DNA of 64,000 nt, taken from contig CM030333.1 of assembly GCA_017654855.1 (NCBI GenBank), positions 4,588,001 through 4,652,000 on the forward strand, written 5' to 3'. Source of the DNA: Podospora anserina. Taxonomy: Eukaryota. How positions within the stretch are numbered: the first letter of the stretch is position 1; every line of letters begins with the position of its first letter. Below the pieces are notes generated by a model that was not told the DNA's origin, searched no databases, and was given only the letters and a program-made list of their open reading frames with translations. Below are positions 1 through 11,585 of the stretch, piece by piece. The position numbers and the translations under genes were made by a program.

Positions 1-345
1 AAAAGATGCGACCCAACACACAAGCAAACGCAAGCAAACCTTTCGATATGTTCTTTCATTTCCATCTACAATGAGAACTTGGTATTATGTACAAAACAAA
101 AAAAAAACATCGAAAAAACCACAAACTTTATCAATCTCAAATTCCAGACCGTATATATCCATCCGCACACGCCTCCAATTTTCTGATGCCAACCAGCCAG
201 AGAGCCCCCTCACCAAACCGAATTTTTAGTTGACCCCCAGGTAGCCACCATGCAAAACAAACAAAAGGAAATGAATATCTCGTAAACTCGCTCGCTTGCT
301 TTCGTATAATGCACACCCACCCCCCTCTTAGACACCACCTCCCGT

Positions 346-2824
346 CTAAACAGAAGCACTCTTACTCAATAGATTCAACGCGCTCCCCGCCAAAATAAAC
401 CCAGCCTGGTCCTTGCTAACCTGGTGCTTGACAGGGACCAAAAACTCCTCACCAGTACCCTTCTTGGTAACCTTGAGCTGGACCTCGCCTTGTCCACCAT
501 TCTGGAGCATGTCATACAAGCCCACAGTAGCAACCTCGTCACCGGCAGCAATCTTATCATAATCCTGCTCGTTGGCTAGCGTCAGGGGGACAACACCCTG
601 CTTCTTGAGGTTGGTTTCGTGAATGCGGGCGAATGACTTGCACGCGATGATCCTGGCGCCGAGGTAGCGGGGCTGCAGAGCGGCGTGCTCGCGGGCGGAA
701 CCCTCGCCGTAGTTGTGCTCGGCGACCACGAGCCAGGGCTGGTTGCGCTCCTTCCAGAGGTTGGCCAGCTCGGGGATGGTGTGCTTGGATCCATCGAGAT
801 CGTAGGCGACGTTGACCTCGCCCGTCTCAGCGTTGACGGCCGTGTTGAGGGTGTTGGCCGAGATGTTGGGGAGGTGGCCTTTGTACTTGAGCCAGGGGCC
901 GGCGGCGGAGATGGTGTCGGTTGTGCACTTGCCCGATACCTTGACCAAGACCTTGAGGCCGGAAAGGTCAGAGTTGGGGAAGGGCTCAAAGGGCTCGAGA
1001 AGGGCAAGACGCTCCGAGGTGGGAGAGATGGCGACCTTTTCGTTGGGGTTGGGGGGCTGGGAGGCGACCTTAAAGACGTCCTTGCCAATGTCGAAGGGAG
1101 TCTTGGGTCCCTCGAGACCGTGGGGAGCAGGGAACTTGAACTCCTTGCCATCGGGGGTGGTAAGGGAGTCGGTTACGGGGTTGAAGGTGGTGGAACCGGC
1201 GTAGGCCATGGCGGTAACGATCTCGGGCGAGGCGAGGAAGTTCATGGTGTCTAGGTTACCGTCGTTACGGCCGCGGAAGTTGCGGTTGTAAGAGGTGAGA
1301 ATGGCGTTGACTGTGCCCTTCTCGACACCATCCTGGCGCTTCCACTGACCAATGCAGGGACCGCAGGCGTTGGACAGCACAATGCCGCCGGCCTTTTCGA
1401 AGGTCTGAAGGGTGCCGTCTCTCTCGAGGGTGGCACGAATCTGCTCACTGCCAGGAGTGACGTAGAAATCAGCCTTGGGCTTCAGTCCAGCCTCCTCAGC
1501 AGCCCTCACAATGCTTTCGACACGGGTCATGTCCTCATACGAGCTGTTGGTGCAGCTACCAATGAGACCGGCCGAAAGCTTCTCGGGCCACTTCTGCTCC
1601 TGAACTGTGCTCTTGAATTGGGACAGGGGAGTGGAAAGATCGGGAGTATGGGGACCGTTAATATGGGGCTCGAGCTTGGACAGGTCGATTTCGATGAGTT
1701 CGTCGTATTGCGCACCCTCGTCGGCCTTGAACCTGAAGTACGCATCCTCAGAGGCGCCCGCGCCAGGGAAGTTCTGGAAAGCGGCAGCATTCCTGACAGC
1801 CTGCTCTCTGCGAGTAGCCTCGAGGTATCTGGCTGAGGCCTCGGTGTAGGGGAAGATGGAGGTGGTGGCACCAATCTCAGCGCCCATGTTGCAAATGGTA
1901 GCCATACCAGTGCAGCTCAGTGTCTCAACACCAGGACCCGAGTACTCGACAATGTAACCAGTACCGCCACGGACTGTCAAGAGGCCAGCCAGGTGCAGGA
2001 TCAGATCCTTGGGAGAAGCCCAGTTGCTAAGCTTACCGGTGAGTCTGACACCAAGGACCTTGGGAGCCTTGAGTTCCCATGGAGCACCGACAAGAGCCTC
2101 GACGGCATCGGCACCACCAACACCAATGGTGATAGTAGACAAGCCACCGGCGTTGGGGCTGTGCGAATCGGTACCGAGCATCATCAAACCGGGGATGGCG
2201 TAGTTCTCCAAGACAGTCTGGTGAATGATACCAGCACCCGGAGCCCAGAAATCCAACCCGTACTTCTTGGCAGCCGACTCAAGGAAGTCAAAGACCTCGT
2301 GGTTGGTCTGAATACCAGCTTGCAAATCGTCATCGGCACCTTTGCTACCCACGATCAGGTGGTCACAGTGAATACTCGCGGGAATGGCGGTCTGGGGGAG
2401 GTTGCACGACATGAACTGCAAGAGAGCCATCTGAGCCGAGGCGTCCTGCATGTTGACTCTGTCGGGCTTGAGCTTGAGGTTCGCCTTGCCTCTGATATCG
2501 CGGCCATTGTTGGTGTTGTTGAGGAGGGACTCCTCGACATTGTCGAGATGGCTGTAGAGGATCTTCTCGGCCAGCGTCAGCCGCTGGGCGCCCAGCACTC
2601 TGCGGACCTCCGTGTACTTGCTGTGCAGCTTCTCGTATGTTGGTGGGAGGGAGGTGATATTGGAGTATTGTCTCGAGCCCGCTGCTTGGCGAAGCTGCTG
2701 GGTTTGGAAGGCCCTCTGCGATTAGTCACATATGTTAGCGGCGAGTCTCTTTTGTCTCTCCCTGGAAGAGGAAACATACTCTCAGGGCAACGCCCGAGCG
2801 GCTGGCAAGGTCGATTGGCCTCAT
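346..2824 (-). CDS. ACO2: Mitochondrial aconitase-family protein, Aco2/AcoB type (putative homocitrate dehydratase), ~804 aa; exons 2824-2780, 2715-346
   Basis: Aconitase motifs QDASAQMA, SIHCDH, GTDSHSPN, IGSCTNSSYED, NACGPCIGQW ([4Fe-4S] Cys), SYNRNF, GEGSAREHAA. An intron at 2779-2716 (GTATGT...GACTAAT...CAG) extends the ORF to an Arg/Ser-rich presequence MRPIDLASRSGVALR|RAFQ. PWLKYKGHL (K for R) matches the Aco2 subtype. Confidence 0.9.
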
Positions 2825-3613
2825 GATTTATGGTCTGGTTCGCCAAGTTCGTCCAGCTCGGCGGGGTGTCTCGAGGGGGGAAGAAAAATATTTATGACTG
2901 TCCAAATCTTTGCCGGTTGCGCCATCCGCCACGGCAGTCTCTTGGTGGCCCGTTTCAGGGGTCTTCCGATAGCGGAACCGTGCTAAAATCCCGGGTTGTT
3001 TACAGGCTTGATTTGCAACTGTTGCCCGGAATTCGACTCTGCCTGATGGGTATTCTCCTGTAACGCTGTTCCTATATACGCAAGATATGACGGCGTTTCT
3101 GAACGATGTCTGTTGTTATACAATCTCTTGTGTAGAGAGGCATCGCACTTCATCTTTGAAGGTGCCCAAATCGACCCTAGTCCGTATCGGAGACCTACAT
3201 CATGGCTCCACGCCAGGATGATAGCAACAATTGACCAATCACATCGCAGAGAATGCTAATCTTCGAATTGACTGACACCAGGTGTGAGGGCTTCTGAAAG
3301 TTCACTTGTCGAGTGATAGTAAGCGAACTGTATAGATGGTAATATCCGTCTCCAGGTTCTTCAACCACTACCTCGCTTTGCCTGGTTACAATCGTAAAGC
3401 TCGAGCTTGTGTCCAGCTTAGGGGTTCTCCTCCTACTCTACCTTAAAAATTGTAGCACAGAGTCGATGGAGACATTGTGTGGTAGAGTCTGCAAAGGGAG
3501 AACTCTTTGACGGACAGTTTGGAAGTTGAAATTATTACCGTCACAGGCCTTATGCAAAACAAAGTGCAAAAATGAATGATTCCCTGGAAGGAAAAGGAAA
3601 AAGCAAAATAGAT

Positions 3614-3736
3614 TGATGAGGGTGGGATTCGAACCCACGCCTCTTGCGAGACCAGGAGATTTGGACCCTCGAAAGGGTTCAAGCGGAATTCAGGTGAACC
3701 TGAACCTGGCGCCTTAGACCGCTCGGCCACCTCACC
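3614..3736 (-). tRNA. tRNA-Leu(CAG) with 41-nt intron (3698-3658)
   Basis: Minus strand reads GGTGAGGTGGCCGAGCGGTCTAAGGCGCCAGGTT-CAG-G[intron]TCCTGGTCTCGCAAGAGGCGTGGGTTCGAATCCCACCCTCATCA. It has A and B boxes, a CCAGG/CCTGG anticodon stem, a long variable arm, and downstream T-runs (Pol III terminator). Confidence 0.95.
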
Positions 3737-5601
3737 ATCTGATGGTTTTGATATAAAATTGGACTCAATTGTGGGCTTTTGTATGGGGAAAGCCTACTGC
3801 TAGTGGGTGCTCGTGAATAAGGCAGAGGCTGAAAGCCAGTGGAGAATAAAACGTTGAGTAGATATGAAGTAAGACAACGAGGCGGTTACCAACGGGTCAG
3901 TTTTTTTGAAGTCACATCGCAGCTGAGAATGAAATTTGGGGCCCAAGAACAGCAAGTCGATATTGCCATTGCTATAATATCTGAGCCTCAATGCAACGCT
4001 CTAGATCGATACACGACATTGACTTGGGTGTAGCTTGACAGAAAATACGAGGATATCAAAGATATGATAACAGCCAAGCATACCACTTGGAGAGGTCGGT
4101 GCAAGTTACACAGCAAGTCGGGCCGCAAGAAGCCGTTCTGCCATGTCCGTGACGGAGCACTTTATATGTCTGATAAGGCCGGGATGCAGAAGCACATGCG
4201 AATGGACCTCCGATGAGATTAAGAAAATACCGCTCTGGCAGAGGGGCACCACGTCGCCGGTCAATCTAGCTGACGGGTAATTGTTCCGGCGGCATAACAC
4301 AGGTCACAATGTCTGACGTTAGGTGTGGAGACTCCTACTTGGTATAAGAGCACTGAAGACAATGTGATAGGTCTTTTAAGGATAGCTGAGACCAATCTCC
4401 TCTGCAAAGAAACGAGCTCTGTACCGCGTAAAAGCCTCGGAAGCATCAAATCAGATCGTGATATCACAGAAACCTATATGCAGAGAAGATGCATAATAAG
4501 GCAGCCTCGAGCCGTGTTGAAGGTTGACGTGCTCATGAGCCATAGGATATTGAATGTGCCGAAGTATTGCTTATGTTGGTACAGATATTGGTTTGTTTGT
4601 GACATCAAGAGGTGGTTTGGTTGTCCTGTGATGCGACTACAAGGGTGATCGAGCTTCATCCTTGGCCGTCATTCTCGATGGGGACAATCGCGAATCGAGA
4701 TGGCAGTTGTCAGTGGGAATGATCAGCTCCTTGTGAGGTGATCAATGAGCTTCTGAAGCTCCACTATTTCTAGACGGAAAGACGGTCCCCAGCTGCTGAC
4801 CTGTGTGCCAGTCAGAAGCATGAAAAAATTGGCAGCTTTGGCGGGCAGTCGCCTTGGCGCACGGACTGACATGGGGCAGTCAGCGGCCAGGAGCCTGAGC
4901 CACCCTTTTCGACTTCCAGTTCCCAGATCCCCAATTCCAACTCCATCCCGTTCGAAGGAAGGAAAAAAAAAAAAGCGACGGCTCTCAGCTTCAGGCCTTC
5001 TTGTGCCTGCCCCCTTCCCCCTTCCCCCAGTCCACCGGCCCTTTCCCACGCCACAGGGCTCCTGTCAAATCCACTCTGTCTGGTTGCTGTCTGCCAGAAG
5101 AGTGTCAGAGGAGTTGGCTCGCCTCTGTCTGTCACCTGGCCGCTTTCGCTCCAGAGCAAAAGCAGCCTGCAACGAAACACCATACCAAATTTCACAGGAG
5201 CACGGTCACTTTTTTTGGTTTGCAAAGTTGAGACCTGGACAGCCCTGCTTGCTCAGGTTTGGACTTCCCCAGCCAGACCGCGATCGACTCTGGGGATCCT
5301 GCCCTGCCGTTCCCTCTTGACAGGCCGCAGTTGCGCTTTGCTCCATCGCCCAACTGTGACGTACGGCCTTCGTCTCGGATCCAACTCGAGTTTGTTCCCA
5401 TCGACTCTGCACCGCAGGACGGTTCCGGCTGCAGGTGTTCTGACTCTTTGCTCCCGACGACCCAACAGCCCGGCATCACCAGCAAACAAACGCATGCCCT
5501 CGAAGCGGCCCGGGCGCTAATATCACGATTCCCTGCTCTCCCAGCTCCGGCTGTCACCATCCTCTAAGATCTATCCCCGACCTCACACCCGGTCCCACAC
5601 A

Positions 5602-7893
5602 ATGGCTGCGGTAACCCGACGGAAAAAAACCATCGGTCAACGTCGTCGTATCGAGGATGACGGAGACGAAGAGGCCGGCCCTGGCCTTGACCTCGACGAT
5701 GACTCCCTCACGGACCCATCGAGCGACGAGCACGACCCCGCCGACGATAGTGACACCAGCAACGTCGATGAAGTGTCGCCGAGGCTGTTGAGTGCTCGCA
5801 AGGCACTGGGTAACGGGTCAGCTAAACATGTATATCGCCATAAACCAGATGTTGTTAGCAAGGACAGCGCTACCAAGAAGCCTGAGCCCGTCATCGCCGG
5901 CGCGGATGTCATGCTGGAGGGCCTGACCTTGGGCGACAAGGAAAACAGAGCAGAGGAACTGGAGTTTGACGACATAAAGACAGATACTAAGCCTGCCACG
6001 GCCCCCTCTGTGAAGGATTCGGCGCCGGTCATAGTGAGCTCGACTTCGATTCCAGGTCAACAGCCGCGGACTTCGCTGCAAGATCAGAAGCGGCGGGAGC
6101 ATGATGAATACAGGAAGAAAAGGGATGAGGATCCAACCTTTGTACCCAACAGGGGCAACTTCTTCTTGCACGACCATCGTCATGCCGGTCCAGCTGCCAA
6201 TGGGTTCCGTCCATACTCCCGTCAGCCATTGCGTGGCCGGGGAGGAGGTCGTGCGGGGGCATTTGGTAGAGAGTTCATTCCCATGAAGTATGTTATATGG
6301 ATCCGCACGATACCTTGACGCTCTACACGGATGCTAACAATGCTTTCCAGTCCTTTCCAAAACCCCTCTGATCCCACCACACGAGGACCTTGGCAGCATG
6401 ATATGCATGAACAGGTTGCCGAGCACCCTCCGCCAGCGCCCTACCGGCCATCACGCTACCGTCCAGACCCTGAAGGGCCTGCCAATGGCAATGGTGTGAT
6501 TCCATACGCGCCAGCGCCAGAGAGTCCTATCAACCGTAACATGTCATCAGAGAAAGTCTTGGGCACGGTAACTGTCCGGGTGTACCTCCCAAATGTTTTC
6601 GATGGGCCCAAGTTGTTTCCTGGTCTAGTGCTGAAGGCCTACACCAAGTTGCCCGACCACCGGCCCCCCCTTCGCCGAGACAAACCCGTCCGAATCTCGC
6701 TGCCGTACCATTCCGCGCCGGTTATGCCTCGCTATATATATCCAAACCCAGATCGATCCTTCATCTTCATCCCAAGGGCGCTGCGGCCTAACCAGCAGCG
6801 GACCCGGGGCAAAGGTCCTCGATCGATCATGGGATCTGGGCCATTTTCTCGGAGAACAAGTGTATGGGGAGGGAGCATATATGGAAGCATGTACTCACCC
6901 AGCGTTGCGATGAGTCGTCGTTCTTCCATTGCGCATGATATGGGACGTGATTTCATGCTTTCGCCCACTGGATCTGCGATCTCGAGACCGCCTCTGCCTG
7001 CTGATGCCAACAAACCTGTTGTACGACTGCCACCCTTCGCTCAGGCTCAGGCCCCGGCCCCCATCATGCAAGCTCCAGCTCCAGCTCCAGCTCCAGCTCC
7101 AGCTCCAGCATCTCAGCCAACACAACCGGATGGTGCTGAGAAGGTTGGTCCGTCTGCGGAGTCGTCTATCAACGCTCTGCCCCAGCCACAAACGCACCCT
7201 CTCCCCCAAAGGCCTGCTTTCCAAGAAAACAAGCCCAATTCGATCCCAATGCATCAGCCCCGTCCCCAGAAGGCAGTTTCTATCGACAACATCGAGTCTC
7301 CTGTTCGACAGAACGCCAATGCGCCTGCCCCGTATCAGCAAGCTTTCCTTCACCAGGTCCCGCCCCAGATACCTAATGGCTTTCCCCCCGACGTCCACGC
7401 CCGCCACCCTTCCTACCAGTCTCAGCTCTCGGCTACACCATTGTCACAAATTCCGGAGCGTGCGATTCATGCTGCTCCGTTCCAGCCAAACACGTTTGGC
7501 CAGCCCGGCTACTACGCTCAGCCATATCCTGCGATGCAGCCACAACAGGGTTACTACTACCCACAAGGCTATCCGCCCGCCAATATGGCGCCCAATGCCA
7601 ACGCACCTAGTTTTGTGCCAGCAGGCCCGCCAGCTCCGCCCCCCATGAACTACGCTGCATCTGCTCAGGGTGATGTTCCCAGTGCTCAGGCTCCTGGACA
7701 AGCACCGACCCCCAACCTGGTGACGCAGGAAGTCAATGGCACTGTTTATTACTTCAATGCCAACGACATTCCTTCTGTCCCCGGATATGCACCATTTCCT
7801 CCCGCTCAGCCGTTTGCTCCTGGCATGGTTCCTGGGCCTGACGCATATTATTACCAGCAGCCTACCCCCGGAATGGTCTACTATCCTCAGTAG
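5602..7893 (+). CDS. Btz (CASC3/Barentsz eIF4AIII-binding) domain protein, exon-junction-complex associated, ~742 aa; exons 5602-6287, 6351-7893
   Basis: EDPTFVPNRGNFFLHDHR...WQHDMHE is the Btz/SELOR signature. Intron 6288-6350 (GTATGT...GCTAAC...CAG) joins the two ORFs in frame. The tail is Pro/Gln/Tyr-rich. Confidence 0.8.
7072..7107 (+). repeat. (GCTCCA)n coding hexanucleotide repeat encoding (AP)n
   Basis: About six tandem copies of gctcca seen directly. Confidence 0.9.
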
Positions 7894-9767
7894 GTAGGAG
7901 GAGGAGTGGCATTCACACCGGCTACCACAGGCCTTCTTGTTGGCACTGTCATAGTGCCCAACGCGATGGAGGCAACACCGCCACCACAGCAAATCGAAGT
8001 CCTGTAGCGACCGGCAGGAGAGGCCAATGGCTGAAGGGAATAATTCTTTTCTGGACAGGAATAACAAGCCGACGCTTTACCAACTTCTTTTTACCACGTC
8101 AGCTGTTTAACATGTTAGAAGTTGAACATCTTTTGCCGCCTTAATTACCTAGCAAATGTCGGCGGTCTATGCTATTCAGCTTTATCTTTTGAGTTTCTTT
8201 TTGTGTGGCGTTGTTGCCCTGCTTGTTTCGCCCAAGTGTTTGTTACCTTTTACCTTGGACGGGCTTGCATTTAGCTTTTCTTGTTTGGCTTGTTGTAGCT
8301 TTGATCTGGAATTGCGGATTCTCCTATGGGGGCTTCTTGAGCTTTTGCTTTTCTGGCGAGCTACACAATCTTCTACGCTGCTTGGGCGATTGTTTGTACA
8401 AGGCGGTGGTCTGACTTTTTTGGTCAATTTCTAGTGGACGAGCTGGAAAATCAACACGGAGGGAGGGATGGTAAGGCGGGATAGGATGGAAACTGAGTGA
8501 AGGAAGATGAGGGCTTATGACATGGAAGATATCACGGTGATGCGGGGTATCGGTTAGGATTTATCGACTTTGTGTGTGCGTATGGAAATGATATTAAATG
8601 AGGCGAGTGTTGGGAAACAAGGGGCCAAGATGGGTGGACAGATGTAGGATGGTAGTGGTTATTGAGGACAAGGAGGGAAAGGAGAAGGGAAAAGGTGCAT
8701 TCGACGCATCAAAACATCCAACACATTTGCCCTTTTTTAACCACGGACATGTTAACCCGCTATCAGCTTAGTTGGAAGAAAGAACGGAACACGTTGTTTG
8801 TTGGTGGTGTGTTGATCCTTGGTTACTCTGCGCTGCTCTTCACTGTGCTTTTCCGGGTGTGTTTTGTTGTTTGCTGTTGTTGCTTAAGGGACGTCGCGTG
8901 TTAGGGGCATTTTTGCAAGGCGTTTATAGGGAGTGAAAGGGGGCGGTTATCTGTCTTTGCATAGCGCTTTGCCTTTCTCTGTGACTTGGTCATTATGCTG
9001 TTGTGGTGCGGGAAAGATAAGAAAAAGAAGCAAATGTAGAACTCTTTTCTTTGTAATCATTACATTGGGTGGCTGGCGGTTTTTCGACTTGCGATGGGAA
9101 CAAAAGTTGAGACTGGGGTTTGGATTTTGGTTGAAGTCTCTCATGAGCTGAGAGAGAAGACGATCAGCACGCTCATTATTATTCTGATTATTTATAAACA
9201 TTTTCTGCACTTTTTTTTCTCTTTACCTTTTGGCAGATGTATATAACACTTGTTCAAGTGATGTTTTTTGTGCCAAACAACAGTGTTTTTCCATACTACG
9301 TTGAGCACAGCCTCAGGAGCTCATTTCGTGTAAGTGAAGCAGTGAGGTGATCCCTGTTGTGCTGTGTTATGTTGCGTGGCATTTCATTCCATCCGGTCGA
9401 TGACTCTTTTCGCAAGCATATTTTTGGCAACTGTGGCCTTTTTGTGTGAAATTACCACGGTTTCAAGAAGAAGAAGAAATACGAAGTTGACACGGTGGTT
9501 GATGATTTTTGAGCGAGGCGCAGCTGAGGTTGGTGAAGAAGCTGTGGTGGTGCTATAAAAGCTCGGTGTGTGGCCTGCCCTCTGCAATTTCAGGGGGGAG
9601 CATTTCCGAGTCCACTTTTTGTGACGACACTTTGTCACTTTGTCACTTATACCACAACACACACTCCCTTTTTTTGGACTTGACGGTTCTTTGCACCTTG
9701 ACAATTTACGCTCGGTTTTTTTTTTTTTTTTTGGTTTTTTTTTAACCAAAGACAAATTCTGGTTCAA

Positions 9768-11585
9768 ATGGCTTCTAAGGCGAGCTCGAATTTGCCGTCG
9801 CCTCCTGTGGAGACTGCCAATGGCGGCAACAGGAGGTTGGGGATCACGGTATTTTCAGGAGGTATGTTCAATTGTGGTTTTGAGTATTATGAAGAAAGGT
9901 CTTTGAGATTATGGTATCTTTTCAATGCCATCTCAGAGAGTAGCTGCCCCATAAGACTCGCTGTTTCCAAGCGGCGCGATGTATACGTCTTATACATTTA
10001 GCTCGAGGTTCACTTACACATTCCCTAAAAAGCATTGCATAGACAGTTATACATATCAATCACCACTTACCACTGAGTTCGCACAACACTCGCCCATCAC
10101 TTACGACACCTACCTTGTACTATACTAACCCACCTCTCAGGCACCGCAGCCAACAATCTAGTCGACCTCTTCAACAGAATCGCCCGCCCATCATCCTCTT
10201 CCGGCACCCAGACCCCCACCTCCTCATTCGCCAGTAAGACTGGCTCCTCTGACGAACTCAGCCGACAACGCCAGCTAAACTACATCATCCCCATCTCCGA
10301 CAACGGCGGCTCATCCTCCGAACTCATCCGTTTTGTGGGAGGCCCCTCCGTAGGCGACATCCGCTCCCGCCTCGTCCGTCTCATCCCCACCACCCCCTCC
10401 AACCTCACCTCCTCCTCCAAAGAAACCTCCTCCCTCCGCAACCTGTTTGAACACCGCCTCTCGCCCGACCCCATCGCCGCGAGGGGTCAATGGGCCGATA
10501 TCGTCGAGAGCCGCTCCCTACTATGGGCTTACATCCCCAACGAGAAAAAGGAGCTCATCCGTTCCGTGTTGAATATCCTGAATGCAGAAATCGTCAAGCG
10601 GGCAAGACCGCCGAATGTGTTCAACTTTGCCGGGGCATCGGTGGGGAACATGTTCCTCACGGGAGCGAGGCTCTTGACGGGGAGTTTTGAGGCGGGGATT
10701 TACCTGCTGAGGATGATATGTGAGATTGGGGGGTGGGTGAGGGTGCTGCCGGCGGTGAACTCGAATCATACGCATCATATCAGTGCTGGGTGGGTTAACG
10801 GGGAGACGGGGGAGAGGGGGGTGTTGACCGGGCAGGTGGCTATTAGTCACCCTAGTGAGCCGACTAGCATTCCTGATGAGGGGTTGCCGCCGCATCATAT
10901 GGGAGGAGGAGGGATGGGGAGGTTGTTGGAGGTTGATGATGATGAGGGGAATATGCCGGGGAGTTTGCCTGTTTTGCGGAGGCAGAATTTGAAGTTTAGC
11001 AAGGAAGAGGAGGAGGATTTACCGGGGGGACAGGGGACGAGGATCGAGAGGGTTTGGTATATCAATTTGTATGGGCATGAGATTATGCCAAAGGCTAACC
11101 CGGAGGTGGTGAAGGAGCTGAGGGAGGGGACCGAGGTGGTGGTGTATAGTGTGGGGAGTTTGTACACGAGCATTGTGCCGAGTTTGATATTGAGGGAGGT
11201 GGGGGAGGCGATTGAGAAGGTTGGGGGGATTAGGAAGAAGGTGTTGATTTTGAATAGCAAGTTGGACAGGGAGACGAGGGGGATGGATGCGAGTGGGTTT
11301 ATCAAGGCGATTTGGAGGGCTTGTGTGGAGAGTCGGAGGCCGGAGGATGTGGAATTGTTGGAGTGGAGGAGGGTGGTGACGCATTTGGTGTTTATTGATC
11401 CGGAGATGGTGGAGGAGAGGGAGATGAGGAAGGATATGCCACAGGTTGATGTGGAATTTTTGGAAAAGCTGGGGATTCACTGTGCTCCGGTTCAGGGGAG
11501 GGCAGTGGGAGAGGGTAAGGCGAGGATGATGAGGTATGATGAGGAGGAGTTGAGAGAGACGTTGGAGAGGATTATCGATATGTGA
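9768..11585 (+). CDS. UPF0052 / CofD-YvcK-like protein (yeast YNL011C-like), ~512 aa; exons 9768-9861, 10141-11585
   Basis: Splicing 9862-10140 (GTATGT...TACTAAC...CAG) gives VFSGGTAANNL. Downstream motifs PISDNGGSSSELIRFVGGPSVGDIRSRL, ASVGNMFLTGARL, YSVGSLYTSIVPSL and ILNSKLDRET are typical of the family. Confidence 0.85.
9901..9999 (+). ncRNA. Candidate intronic structured RNA with H/ACA-like layout
   Basis: Hairpin 9901-9938, ANANNA (AGAGTA) at 9937-9942, hairpin 9951-9993, then ACA-TTT. It sits inside an unusually long (279-nt) intron, but is short for a canonical H/ACA snoRNA. Confidence 0.3.

Noticed and set aside
685..2826. Long plus-strand ORFs (685-1254, 1993-2826) opposite the aconitase
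   Set aside because: Antisense shadow ORFs expected from biased codon usage; no recognisable motifs.
3438..3730. Minus-strand ORFs of 66 and 95 aa
   Set aside because: They run through the tRNA gene and use non-ATG starts.
4723..5567. Cluster of overlapping 70-170 aa ORFs upstream of the Btz gene
   Set aside because: They look like GC-rich promoter/5'-UTR sequence with an A-run; no coherent coding signal.
7891..8010. Possible stop read-through or alternative splice at the Btz stop (CAG TAG GTAGG)
   Set aside because: No known read-through context or targeting signal in the extension, and no convincing branch site or acceptor.
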